Below the pieces are notes generated by a model. That model had not been told where the DNA came from. It made no database searches and saw only the letters and a list, made by a program, of their open reading frames with translations. Below, one piece after another: positions 48,735 to 57,658 of a stretch of 64,000 nucleotides of DNA (positions are counted from its first letter, which is position 1; each line of letters opens with the position of its first letter). Position numbers and translations under genes: made by a program. The DNA comes from an uncultured bacterium (GTDB taxonomy: Bacteria > Fidelibacterota > Marinisomatia > Marinisomatales > UBA1611): positions 1 to 64,000 of the forward strand of contig CBFIBM010000004.1 in NCBI GenBank assembly GCA_965660855.1, in the 5' to 3' direction.

Positions 48735-49604
48735 ATGAAACCCAAACATCAATTTACATATTTTGTTCTTATTATTTTTAAAAAACTTATATCTAATTTG
48801 TCTGATAGAACGAGATATAAATTATCAACTTATATTGGTAAAATTCTTTTTCATATTTTTAAAGTGAGAAGGGGCGTAGCTGAAAATAATATAAAGAGAG
48901 CATTCCCATTGTGGAACAATGAAAAAATTAATAGAACATTAGAAAAGACTTATATTTTTTTCAGTAATAACCTCATCAATTTTATTGGGTTTCCATTTAC
49001 TTGGAAGAATTCAACCTTTAATGTAAGCGGGTCAAATTTTCTTGATAGTTCTTTTAAAAAAGGTAATGGAATAATAATGATTACCGGTCATTTTGGAGCA
49101 TGGGAAATACTTGGTAAATGGTTAGGTGATTATGCAAACCTATTTACTGGAGTTGCGTTTAAACAGAAAAACTTAGGGGCACATAAATTTTTCATAGAAC
49201 AAAGAGAGCTATCTAAGACACAACATATTTTTAAAAAAGAGTCCATTAAAAAAATGTATAGAGTTTTAGAGTTGAATGGAATACTTGGACTTGTGAGTGA
49301 TCAAGATGCTGGTAAAAAAGGCACTTTTGTAAATTTTTTTGGTAGTAAGGCATCAACTCCAAAAGGAGCTGCTTTATTTTTTCTGAATACAAAATCTCCA
49401 ATGATATTTGCATCATGTATTCAATTATCATTCCAAAATTATAAGATTGAATTTATTCCAATTGAAATCAAAAAGGAGTATCTCAATGATAAAGATGTTG
49501 AAAACATAACACAAACATATACTACGTTCCTTGAAAATTATATCAAGAAATATCCTGAACAATATTTTTGGTTTCATAAAAGATGGAAAACTAAAGAGTC
49601 CTAA
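48735..49604 (+). CDS. Lipid A late acyltransferase (LpxL/HtrB family)
   Basis: GHFGAWE, SDQDA, PEQYFWFHKRWK. Confidence 0.92.
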   Translation: MKPKHQFTYFVLIIFKKLISNLSDRTRYKLSTYIGKILFHIFKVRRGVAENNIKRAFPLWNNEKINRTLEKTYIFFSNNLINFIGFPFTWKNSTFNVSGSNFLDSSFKKGNGIIMITGHFGAWEILGKWLGDYANLFTGVAFKQKNLGAHKFFIEQRELSKTQHIFKKESIKKMYRVLELNGILGLVSDQDAGKKGTFVNFFGSKASTPKGAALFFLNTKSPMIFASCIQLSFQNYKIEFIPIEIKKEYLNDKDVENITQTYTTFLENYIKKYPEQYFWFHKRWKTKES

Positions 49605-49607
49605 AAA

Positions 49608-50180
49608 ATGATTAAGAACCTTAATTATAAAAATAAAACAGCTTTGAAAAGAGCCTGTCAAATTCTAAAAGCAGGTGGCATAATTGTATATCCAACCGAT
49701 ACATTATATGGTTTTGGCTGTGATGCTAATAATAATGACTCGATAAAAAAAATAAATGAACTTAAAAATCGAATAGCTCCAATGAGCATCATTGTAAATT
49801 CAAAAAAAATGGTAAAACCATGGCTAAATGTTAAAACTTCTGCGAAAACTAAGATATTGGATATGCTTAGTGGAGGGGGTACTATAATTGTTCCAATTAA
49901 AGTTAATATTGTTTCTAATTTAATTTGCGGCCCAAATAACAGTCTAGGAATACGAATTCCAAATCATCCTTTCTGTAAAAAATTAACTCGTCTTTACCCT
50001 AACCCCATCACAACCACAAGCGTAAATCGCACCAAAACACCTCCTATGACTGACCCATTTAAAATTTATGAAGAATTTTCAAATAGCGTTGATCTCATAA
50101 TCGAAGACGGAATAATTAAGGGTAAAGGCTCTACTATTAATCTGTATAAAGGCGATAGCACTTGGGAAAAAATTAGATGA
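49608..50180 (+). CDS. L-threonylcarbamoyladenylate synthase (TsaC/Sua5/YrdC)
   Basis: YPTDTLYG.GCD, K.R, GIRIP, TTSVN. Confidence 0.92.
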   Translation: MIKNLNYKNKTALKRACQILKAGGIIVYPTDTLYGFGCDANNNDSIKKINELKNRIAPMSIIVNSKKMVKPWLNVKTSAKTKILDMLSGGGTIIVPIKVNIVSNLICGPNNSLGIRIPNHPFCKKLTRLYPNPITTTSVNRTKTPPMTDPFKIYEEFSNSVDLIIEDGIIKGKGSTINLYKGDSTWEKIR

Positions 50181-50884
50181 GAAAAGTAATTATTGCGCTG
50201 CTATCCATGGTCCTTATATTCCCATTTAGTGGAAAACTAAACATTGGTGAAGTTTTAAAATATGAAGCATCTTTCTCAAATATAAATGCTGGAGAAGGAA
50301 GTTTAAAAGTTTTTGGAATTGAAAAAATCAGAGATAGCGAAACATACCACGTTCAGTTTAAAGCAAATACAAAAGGGCTTACAAATAAAATTTTTCCCAT
50401 AAGAGATGTAATTGATCTCTGGCTCGATAAAAAAAGTCTTCTTCCATTAAGAGTTAAGTCAAGTATTCGAGAAGGACGATATCGTAAGGAGGAAGATATT
50501 TATTTATTTCAAAAAGAGAACTATGCATTAAAGGATGATAAAAAAATTTTAATCAAAGAAAATACCCACTCCCCTTTCTCACTTTTTTATTTTTTTAGAA
50601 GTATAGATTTAAAAAATTTTGTTAAAAAAAATATAAATACCTTACAAGGAGATAAAGTTAAAACATTAAATGTGAATATTAAAAAGGATGTAAATATTTT
50701 TGTCCCAGCAGGAAATTTTAAATGTATCCGCGTTACGCCATCGCAAATAGAAGGGGAAAAATTTAAAAATGATGCAAAGATGGATATTTATTTTTCGGAT
50801 GATGTAAAATCATATCCAGTAAAAATTAAAATTAAATTAAACTTTGGATCTTTGATTCTTAAGCTGAAAGAAATATCTAATTAA
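50177..50884 (+). CDS. DUF3108-like secreted protein
   Basis: GE.L.Y......AG, VPAG.FKC, PVKIK..L.FG. Confidence 0.8.
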   Translation: MRKVIIALLSMVLIFPFSGKLNIGEVLKYEASFSNINAGEGSLKVFGIEKIRDSETYHVQFKANTKGLTNKIFPIRDVIDLWLDKKSLLPLRVKSSIREGRYRKEEDIYLFQKENYALKDDKKILIKENTHSPFSLFYFFRSIDLKNFVKKNINTLQGDKVKTLNVNIKKDVNIFVPAGNFKCIRVTPSQIEGEKFKNDAKMDIYFSDDVKSYPVKIKIKLNFGSLILKLKEISN

Positions 50885-52046
50885 ATAACCTCGTTATATC
50901 TGAAAATATAACTGTAAACATTAATATTAGAAGAAATGCCATCCCAATTTGCTGAATAACCATTTTTGTTTTGATTGTTAACGGCTTTCTTATAACTCCT
51001 TCAATTAAATGGATAAAGATATGACCACCGTCTAATCCGGGAATTGGTAAAATATTTAAAAAAGCTAAGTTTACACTTAATAAAGCCATAAAAGTAAAAT
51101 ATGGTATCAAACCTGCCTCAGCTGTCTGCCCTGCTAATTGGGCAATCATAATTGGTCCACCTAAATCTCGAACCGATGCAGAACCTGAAAATAACATCCC
51201 AATACTAGAAATAATCAAGTCAAAACTAGATATTGTTCTATCTATTCCAATTAGTATAGATGCGGTAAGGTCTATATTTTTATAATAAAATTCTGGTGAA
51301 ATTCCAATTATCCCAATGGTATCAATTACACCCTTTTGAGGGATTAAAGTGAATGAAGTTTTTAAACTAAAGTTTTTTGATTGTCCATCTCTATCAATTG
51401 TAATTTCTAAATTTTCTAGTGGCTTAGCATGGATAACAGTAGTCATATCTTCCCAAGTGGATATGTATGTATTGCCTATTTTTGTAATTCTATCTCCGGG
51501 TAAAATTCCTGCTTGTTCTGCCGGCATATTTTCTTGAAGTTGAAACACAACTGGATCTTTACTATATTCTGGAATTCCTTGAAAATATCCTATAGATGAA
51601 AAGATAAAAATGGCTAAAAGTATATTCATCAATACCCCAGCACTTAGAATCCAAATTTTTGCCCATAAGGGTTTGGACATAAATTCATCATCTTTACCAT
51701 AAATAGTTGCATCCATATTTTCATCAAGCATTCCAGCCATTTTTACATATCCGCCCAATGGTAATAATGCTATAACATATTCTGTATTTGTACCAATTCT
51801 ATTCCTTTTATTGAAAAAAGTTTCAAAAATAGGTGCCCACTTAAAGGAGTCCCCTACTCGTTTATAGAAGAAAAGTCTAAATAACCAGCCTTTGTTTTTT
51901 GAGGTGATAGTGAAGATTCGAGGTGGCATACCAATAGAAAACTTTTCTACATACACACCAACGGATCTTGCAGCAAGAAAATGACCCAACTCATGGATTG
52001 TAACAAGAATACCGAGTAGTATTATAAATGAAATTAAAGTTGTCAT
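50877..52046 (-). CDS. rseP: RIP metalloprotease RseP
   Basis: HELGH, PLGGYVKM, PDZ, NILPIPGLDGGH. Confidence 0.96.
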   Translation of the reverse strand: MTTLISFIILLGILVTIHELGHFLAARSVGVYVEKFSIGMPPRIFTITSKNKGWLFRLFFYKRVGDSFKWAPIFETFFNKRNRIGTNTEYVIALLPLGGYVKMAGMLDENMDATIYGKDDEFMSKPLWAKIWILSAGVLMNILLAIFIFSSIGYFQGIPEYSKDPVVFQLQENMPAEQAGILPGDRITKIGNTYISTWEDMTTVIHAKPLENLEITIDRDGQSKNFSLKTSFTLIPQKGVIDTIGIIGISPEFYYKNIDLTASILIGIDRTISSFDLIISSIGMLFSGSASVRDLGGPIMIAQLAGQTAEAGLIPYFTFMALLSVNLAFLNILPIPGLDGGHIFIHLIEGVIRKPLTIKTKMVIQQIGMAFLLILMFTVIFSDITRLFN

Positions 52047-52088
52047 ATAAGTAAAATTAATATCTTAAAATACATAAAATCCACTTAC

Positions 52089-53237
52089 CTATGAAAAACC
52101 TTTTACGTGTTCTTTTACCCATAATTCTAATTCTACTAAATTTTTTAAATCAGGTTTTTGTTCCCAATCATGTTTATCAAGACAAGATTTATTAATTTTA
52201 AAAATATCAGTGAATTTTATTTTATTTTTTAAAAATAAATCTACAGAATAATCATTTGCTAAGTTGAGTGCCGCACCAGCAGTCCCTTTCCTACGTAATG
52301 ATTGGAATGCTAATTCAATACAAGGGAATCTTTGAAAATCAGGTTTTTGAAATGTTAAATCTTGACATTCAAAAAAATTTAATCTTTCCCAAGGCGAGTC
52401 TACATGTCTTGGATACATCAAAGCATATTGAATAGGTACTTTCATATCTGGAACACCCATTTGCGCTTTTATTGATCCGTCTTTTAATTCTATCATTGAG
52501 TGCACAATCGATTGTGGATGGACAATAATTTTAATGTTTTCTAATTCAAAATTAAATAGCCAATATGCTTCTATTACCTCTAATCCTTTATTCATCATTG
52601 TTGCACTATCAATAGATATTTTTTTTCCCATATCCCAATTAGGGTGTTTAAGGGCCTCCTCAACTGAAATTTCAGAAAAAGTTGAAAGTTTTCTTTGTCT
52701 AAATGGCCCACCACTACCTGTTAAAATTAAATTTCTTACATCCTCTAGTTGCTCTCCCTGTAGACATTGCCAAATTGCAGAATGCTCGCTATCTACCGGA
52801 AAAAGTTCTGCTTCAGATTTCTCTAAAGCTTCTTTTATGATTTGTCCAGCCATTACTAAGCTTTCTTTATTTGAAAGTGCTACATTAACACCAGAATTTA
52901 TAGCATTTAGCGTGGGTCTCATTCCTGCCGAGCCAACTAAACCATTTAACATTATATCAACATTATCTCTAGATGCTATCTCTAAAAGACCTTCTCTTCC
53001 TTTAAATACCTTAATTGAAGTGTTACTTAAATAGGATTTTACTTCATCATATTTAAGTTCATTTGAAATACATACTGCTTGAGGTCTAAACTTTAAAGCT
53101 TGTTCAATTAAAAGGTCTGAATTGTTGTTTGCAGTCAGGTAAACTACTTCAATGCTATCTTTAAGATGAGAAATCACTTTCAGTGAAGAAACTCCAATAG
53201 ACCCTGTTGATCCAAGTAATGATATCCTTTTTAACAT
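52089..53237 (-). CDS. dxr: 1-deoxy-D-xylulose-5-phosphate reductoisomerase
   Basis: LGSTGSIG, NKESLV, PVDSEHSAI, HPNWDMG.KISIDSATMMNKGLE. Confidence 0.98.
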   Translation of the reverse strand: MLKRISLLGSTGSIGVSSLKVISHLKDSIEVVYLTANNNSDLLIEQALKFRPQAVCISNELKYDEVKSYLSNTSIKVFKGREGLLEIASRDNVDIMLNGLVGSAGMRPTLNAINSGVNVALSNKESLVMAGQIIKEALEKSEAELFPVDSEHSAIWQCLQGEQLEDVRNLILTGSGGPFRQRKLSTFSEISVEEALKHPNWDMGKKISIDSATMMNKGLEVIEAYWLFNFELENIKIIVHPQSIVHSMIELKDGSIKAQMGVPDMKVPIQYALMYPRHVDSPWERLNFFECQDLTFQKPDFQRFPCIELAFQSLRRKGTAGAALNLANDYSVDLFLKNKIKFTDIFKINKSCLDKHDWEQKPDLKNLVELELWVKEHVKGFS

Positions 53238-53908
53238 TAAAATATTTCCTTACATAAATTTATTGATAATGAAATTATTTGATTACTTAGTTTTAAGCCA
53301 AAACCAAGATCTAAAAAATAATTTTTATATAAGCAATCAATCTCAAAATAGTTTAACTGCCCTTTTTTTCGCTGTATATCATTTGAAATTCGAAAAATTG
53401 AAGTTTTTATAAACATTGAACCAGCCCCATATCGAAAATGAAAATTTTTCAACTCCACCCATTTTTTAAGTTCAATATTAATTGAACTTAAAAAAAAATG
53501 TTCTAATCCTTTTATATCCGTTCTTTGAACTATAAATAAATTATTTAAGGTATCATCATTCGTTCCAAAATAATACTGAACTCCTGCTCCTAAAATTTGA
53601 GGTGTTTCATCATCAAATTGAAAACTAAAAACCTTAGATGAAAGCATTAAGTTTTTTGATATCTGGGCAGAAAAATTTATTTTAGGATAAAATGTATTAT
53701 TTTTAAACCCACTTATTGTAAGATACGAATTTTGAAAGTGAATTTTTGCTTTACTATTGGGGTTTATAGTTGGTGTTTGTGAAAGCAAATAACCTGTACT
53801 TAATAAAATATGCTCCTCACAGTTGTCACAATTTTCTAAATCAAAATTAGATGATGCCGATGAAATAAGGACAACAAAAAAAATCCAATACTTCATTAAA
53901 GGTTTCAT
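53237..53908 (-). CDS. Hypothetical exported protein, possibly small beta-barrel
   Basis: Signal peptide, CxxC, amphipathic strands, terminal Phe; stop overlaps dxr start. Confidence 0.65.
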   Translation of the reverse strand: MKPLMKYWIFFVVLISSASSNFDLENCDNCEEHILLSTGYLLSQTPTINPNSKAKIHFQNSYLTISGFKNNTFYPKINFSAQISKNLMLSSKVFSFQFDDETPQILGAGVQYYFGTNDDTLNNLFIVQRTDIKGLEHFFLSSINIELKKWVELKNFHFRYGAGSMFIKTSIFRISNDIQRKKGQLNYFEIDCLYKNYFLDLGFGLKLSNQIISLSINLCKEIF

Positions 53909-53917
53909 TAATTTAAA

Positions 53918-54682
53918 TTAAATTATTCCACGTTTTGATGTATCAATAAAATATAATATCTGTTTTTTAAATGGGGAGTCTGGAAACTTTTCTTTTATTT
54001 TTAAAATAGATTCATTTCTGTTCCGTTTTGAATGGAAATATTCTTTATAGATCTCTTTAATTATTTTTCTATCAACTGGCGAGAATCCTCTTCTTTTTAA
54101 CCCTGTCCCATTTATACCTTGATATGATAAGGGAGTTTCCGCAGCTAAAATATATGGTGGTATATCTTGTACAACTCTAAACCCTCCTCCAACAAAAGCA
54201 TGTTCACCAATTTTGGTAAATTGATGAACAAGAACGCCACCACCAAGCACAACCCAGTTTTCAACTTCAACATGTCCGCCTAAAGTTGTTAGGTTTGACA
54301 TAATTACATTATCACCTATTATACAATCATGAGCAACATGTGTGGAAGCCATTAATAAACACTCAGATCCCACTCGAGTTTCTCCTGAAGCCGAAGTACC
54401 CCTATTAATAGTAACATATTCACGTATTGTCGTTGCTCTACCAATAATAGTTTTGGTCTTTTCACCATCAAATTTTAAATCTTGTGGAATCTCTCCAATT
54501 GAAGATGCGTGAAATATTCTACAATTAGACCCAATTTTAGTATTAGAAAAAATATTAACATGATTCCCTATAATCGTATTATCTCCAATATCAACATCAC
54601 CTTCAACTATAGAATAAGGACCAATCTTTACATTATCTCCTAGATTGGCTTTTCTATCGATAATTGCTGTTTTATGTATCAA
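53918..54682 (-). CDS. lpxA: UDP-GlcNAc acyltransferase
   Basis: Hexapeptide repeats, PQDLKF, IRE.VTINRGT, HVAHDC, VHQF. Confidence 0.97.
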   Translation of the reverse strand: MIHKTAIIDRKANLGDNVKIGPYSIVEGDVDIGDNTIIGNHVNIFSNTKIGSNCRIFHASSIGEIPQDLKFDGEKTKTIIGRATTIREYVTINRGTSASGETRVGSECLLMASTHVAHDCIIGDNVIMSNLTTLGGHVEVENWVVLGGGVLVHQFTKIGEHAFVGGGFRVVQDIPPYILAAETPLSYQGINGTGLKRRGFSPVDRKIIKEIYKEYFHSKRNRNESILKIKEKFPDSPFKKQILYFIDTSKRGII

Positions 54683-54692
54683 ATTTGAAATG

Positions 54693-55157
54693 TTATTCTC
54701 TCGCTCTATCTACAAGGTTCGCTGCAAATTTTGCTTCTGCTACAAGGGTATCGTCTACGTAGCATTTCCCGTGAAACTTACATAAATTTAATTTTCTTTT
54801 TGCTAACTCCATATGGACTTTTAATTGATCTCCGGGAGTAATCGGTTTTCTAAACTTTGCACTTTCAACAGTTGAGAAGAACATATTCATAGATAAAGGG
54901 TCCTTAATTTGGCTTAACATTAAAAAGGACCCTGCCTGTGCCATAATCTCAAGAGAGAGAACGCCTGGCATAACTGGCTGTCCTGGAAAGTGCCCTTGAA
55001 AAAAGGGTTCATTTATTGTCATATTTTTTAATGCTACAAGTGATTTACCTTCTTCTATTATATTTATTCTATCTATTAGAATAAATGGATATCTATGAGG
55101 TAATATTTTTATAATATCATTTATATCAAAATCTTTTTGATTTATTAAACTATTCAT
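54693..55157 (-). CDS. fabZ: 3-hydroxyacyl-ACP dehydratase
   Basis: LPHRYPFILID, NEPFFQGHFPGQPVMPGVL; start reassigned to ATG 55157 (GGGG RBS). Confidence 0.96.
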   Translation of the reverse strand: MNSLINQKDFDINDIIKILPHRYPFILIDRINIIEEGKSLVALKNMTINEPFFQGHFPGQPVMPGVLSLEIMAQAGSFLMLSQIKDPLSMNMFFSTVESAKFRKPITPGDQLKVHMELAKRKLNLCKFHGKCYVDDTLVAEAKFAANLVDRARE

Positions 55158-55159
55158 TA

Positions 55160-56107
55160 CTAATCCCCCAACCATAATTCATTTAATTCTTTTGCATATT
55201 CTTTTTTTACTTTTTTTACAAACTCAACATTACTTGCATGCCCAGCTCTTGCTGCAGTAACATGTCCTTTAATTGGAACACCTAACAACGCTAAGTCTCC
55301 AATGAGATCCAAAGTTTTATGTCTAACTGGTTCATTCTTAAAACGTAGAACTTTTCCATTTAAAATACCGTTAGCTCCTTGGATTATATTATCTTCTATT
55401 CCGAATAAATCTTTTAATCTTTCCATTTCTATATTATCAATTACTTTATCTATTATCACAACTGCATTATCTAAGGCGCCGCCTCTTATTAGTCCTTTTT
55501 CTTTAAGCATTTCCACTTCACTTAAAAAGCAAAAAGTCCTTGCTGGAGCAACCTCAAACGCAAAATCTTCTTCCATGTTATAAATTGCCTCATATTGAGT
55601 TCCTAAAGCCGGAAGTGGATATTCAACCATAAAAGTAATTCTAAACCTATCAGATGGAATTACATGTATATCTATATCTCTGTAAGGATTTGTGTAGTTT
55701 ACTGCTCTTGTTATTTCAAGAACTTTTCGTTCTTTCTTTTGTAGTTTAATTCCGGCTTTAATTAAGCACTCCACAAAATCCTTTGCACTACCATCCATTA
55801 CTGGAGGCTCTTTACCTGTTAATTCGATCAGTATGTTGTCAATTCTTAATCCACTTACCGCAGCCAAAGCATGTTCTACTGTGTGGATTCTAACATCATT
55901 CTCTTCAATAGTTGTTCCTCTAGAAATATCAACTACATGGTCAATATCTGCCTTTATTTCTGTACGACCAGGTATATCTGACCTTATGAATCTGATTCCA
56001 TAATTTTCAGGAGCAGGATGAAATGTTATTTTTGTTTTAACTCCAGTATGTAATCCAACACCTTCACATGATTGGGAAGACCTTATTGTTCTTTGTTTTC
56101 TTTCCAT
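55160..56107 (-). CDS. lpxC: UDP-3-O-acyl-GlcNAc deacetylase
   Basis: GVGLHTG, TVEHAL, PVMDGSA, ARTF, RHKTLDLIGDL. Confidence 0.97.
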   Translation of the reverse strand: MERKQRTIRSSQSCEGVGLHTGVKTKITFHPAPENYGIRFIRSDIPGRTEIKADIDHVVDISRGTTIEENDVRIHTVEHALAAVSGLRIDNILIELTGKEPPVMDGSAKDFVECLIKAGIKLQKKERKVLEITRAVNYTNPYRDIDIHVIPSDRFRITFMVEYPLPALGTQYEAIYNMEEDFAFEVAPARTFCFLSEVEMLKEKGLIRGGALDNAVVIIDKVIDNIEMERLKDLFGIEDNIIQGANGILNGKVLRFKNEPVRHKTLDLIGDLALLGVPIKGHVTAARAGHASNVEFVKKVKKEYAKELNELWLGD

Positions 56108-56109
56108 AG

Positions 56110-57108
56110 TTATTCTTTTAAACTATCCTGTTCTTTAAAAATTTTACTAACCTTATTAATTATAGCTTCTCTTTTATTATGCTCTCTAATTTCTCTTGCA
56201 GGGTACCCGGCATAGACTCTCCCACCCTTGAGTGACTTTGTTACACCCGATTTGGCTGCAAATATTGATTTAGGTCCTATTTGAATATGGCCAGCTACAC
56301 CCACCTTACCAGCAAAAGTACAAAAATCTCCTACCAAAGTACTACCTGAAATACCAAATTGAGCAGCTATTAGACACCCCTTCCCAATATTTACATTATG
56401 AGCTATATGGATTAAGTTATCTAACTTAGAGCCCTCACCAATTAAAGTACTCCCAATTGTACCTCTATCAATTGAACAATTTGATCCTATTTCAACATTA
56501 TTTTCAATTTTTACATTACCAGTTTGAAGTATCTTATAATGGTAATTTTTATGTGTTACATAACCAAATCCATCTGAACCAATTACACTACCGCTGTGAA
56601 TTTCAACATTTTCCCCAATAATGGTATCATTATATATTGTTACATTCGGATGGATAATGGTATTTTGACCAATTTTAACATGCTCTCCGATGAAAGTATT
56701 TGACCCAATAATAGTATTTTTATTAATAATGGATTTAGACATAATATTAACGCCTGATTCAATTACTACATCTTCTTCTATTATTGAGTTTTTACTTATA
56801 TTTGAATTTTTATGAATAGAGCCTTTTCTCTTTTTTTTAGGGAAAAAAAGCTCTAGTGTCTTAGCCATTGCTAGTTGAGGGTTTTCAACGACAATTCCAT
56901 CTCTATTCTTGAGCAGGGATGAGCTATTAACTAATACCGCTGAAGATTTTGTTTTTGCTAAATATTTCTTATAAATTGGATTAGAAAGAAAAGTAATTGT
57001 TCCTTTACGACTATTTTGAATTTCAGAGACACCGTTGATCAAGAGCTTTTCGTTTCCAAATAATTGACCATTAACGTGATCGGATATCTCACCTAATGTG
57101 AGTTTCAA
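56110..57108 (-). CDS. lpxD: UDP-3-O-acylglucosamine N-acyltransferase
   Basis: [24 protein letters not shown]. Confidence 0.96.
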   Translation of the reverse strand: MKLTLGEISDHVNGQLFGNEKLLINGVSEIQNSRKGTITFLSNPIYKKYLAKTKSSAVLVNSSSLLKNRDGIVVENPQLAMAKTLELFFPKKKRKGSIHKNSNISKNSIIEEDVVIESGVNIMSKSIINKNTIIGSNTFIGEHVKIGQNTIIHPNVTIYNDTIIGENVEIHSGSVIGSDGFGYVTHKNYHYKILQTGNVKIENNVEIGSNCSIDRGTIGSTLIGEGSKLDNLIHIAHNVNIGKGCLIAAQFGISGSTLVGDFCTFAGKVGVAGHIQIGPKSIFAAKSGVTKSLKGGRVYAGYPAREIREHNKREAIINKVSKIFKEQDSLKE

Positions 57109-57114
57109 ACTAAG

Positions 57115-57642
57115 TTACTTTTTAGATTCTAAGTTTCTTAATTCATGCAAGACATCATCTGTCATATCATACTTTGGCTTAAAATAAAGTAGACCAACCG
57201 ATGCGTCAATGATATAATCAAATCCTCCATCAATAGCAACTTTATCGACTGCTTCTTTAACTTTTCCTAAAATTTCATATTCCATTTGAGCTTGTTTTTT
57301 CATTAATTCACCTTGTGGACCAACTTTCTCAGCCTGATAATTTTGGATAGATCTTTCCATTTGAGCTAATTCTTGTTTTATACTTTCTCCTTTATCAAGA
57401 GCCATCAAGCGTTTAACCTCATAATCTTGTTTTAAACTATCCATTTTTAGAACCATCTGATCAAACTCTAACTGAACTTTTCTATACTCTAACTGTAATT
57501 GTGATTCAGCCTCTTTAAATTCTTCAAATTCTGTCCTAATACGCTCTGATAAAATATATCCAATTTTTAATTGTGCTGATACGGTACTTATCATACCTAA
57601 ATATGCTATAAAAAAAATAATTATACGTGATAAACCTTTCAC
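57115..57642 (-). CDS. skp: OmpH/Skp periplasmic chaperone
   Basis: Signal peptide, KIGYI, coiled coil, DYIID...LLY....D.TD.VL; next to bamA. Confidence 0.9.
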   Translation of the reverse strand: MKGLSRIIIFFIAYLGMISTVSAQLKIGYILSERIRTEFEEFKEAESQLQLEYRKVQLEFDQMVLKMDSLKQDYEVKRLMALDKGESIKQELAQMERSIQNYQAEKVGPQGELMKKQAQMEYEILGKVKEAVDKVAIDGGFDYIIDASVGLLYFKPKYDMTDDVLHELRNLESKK

Positions 57643-57658
57643 ACTTCCCTCCTATTAA

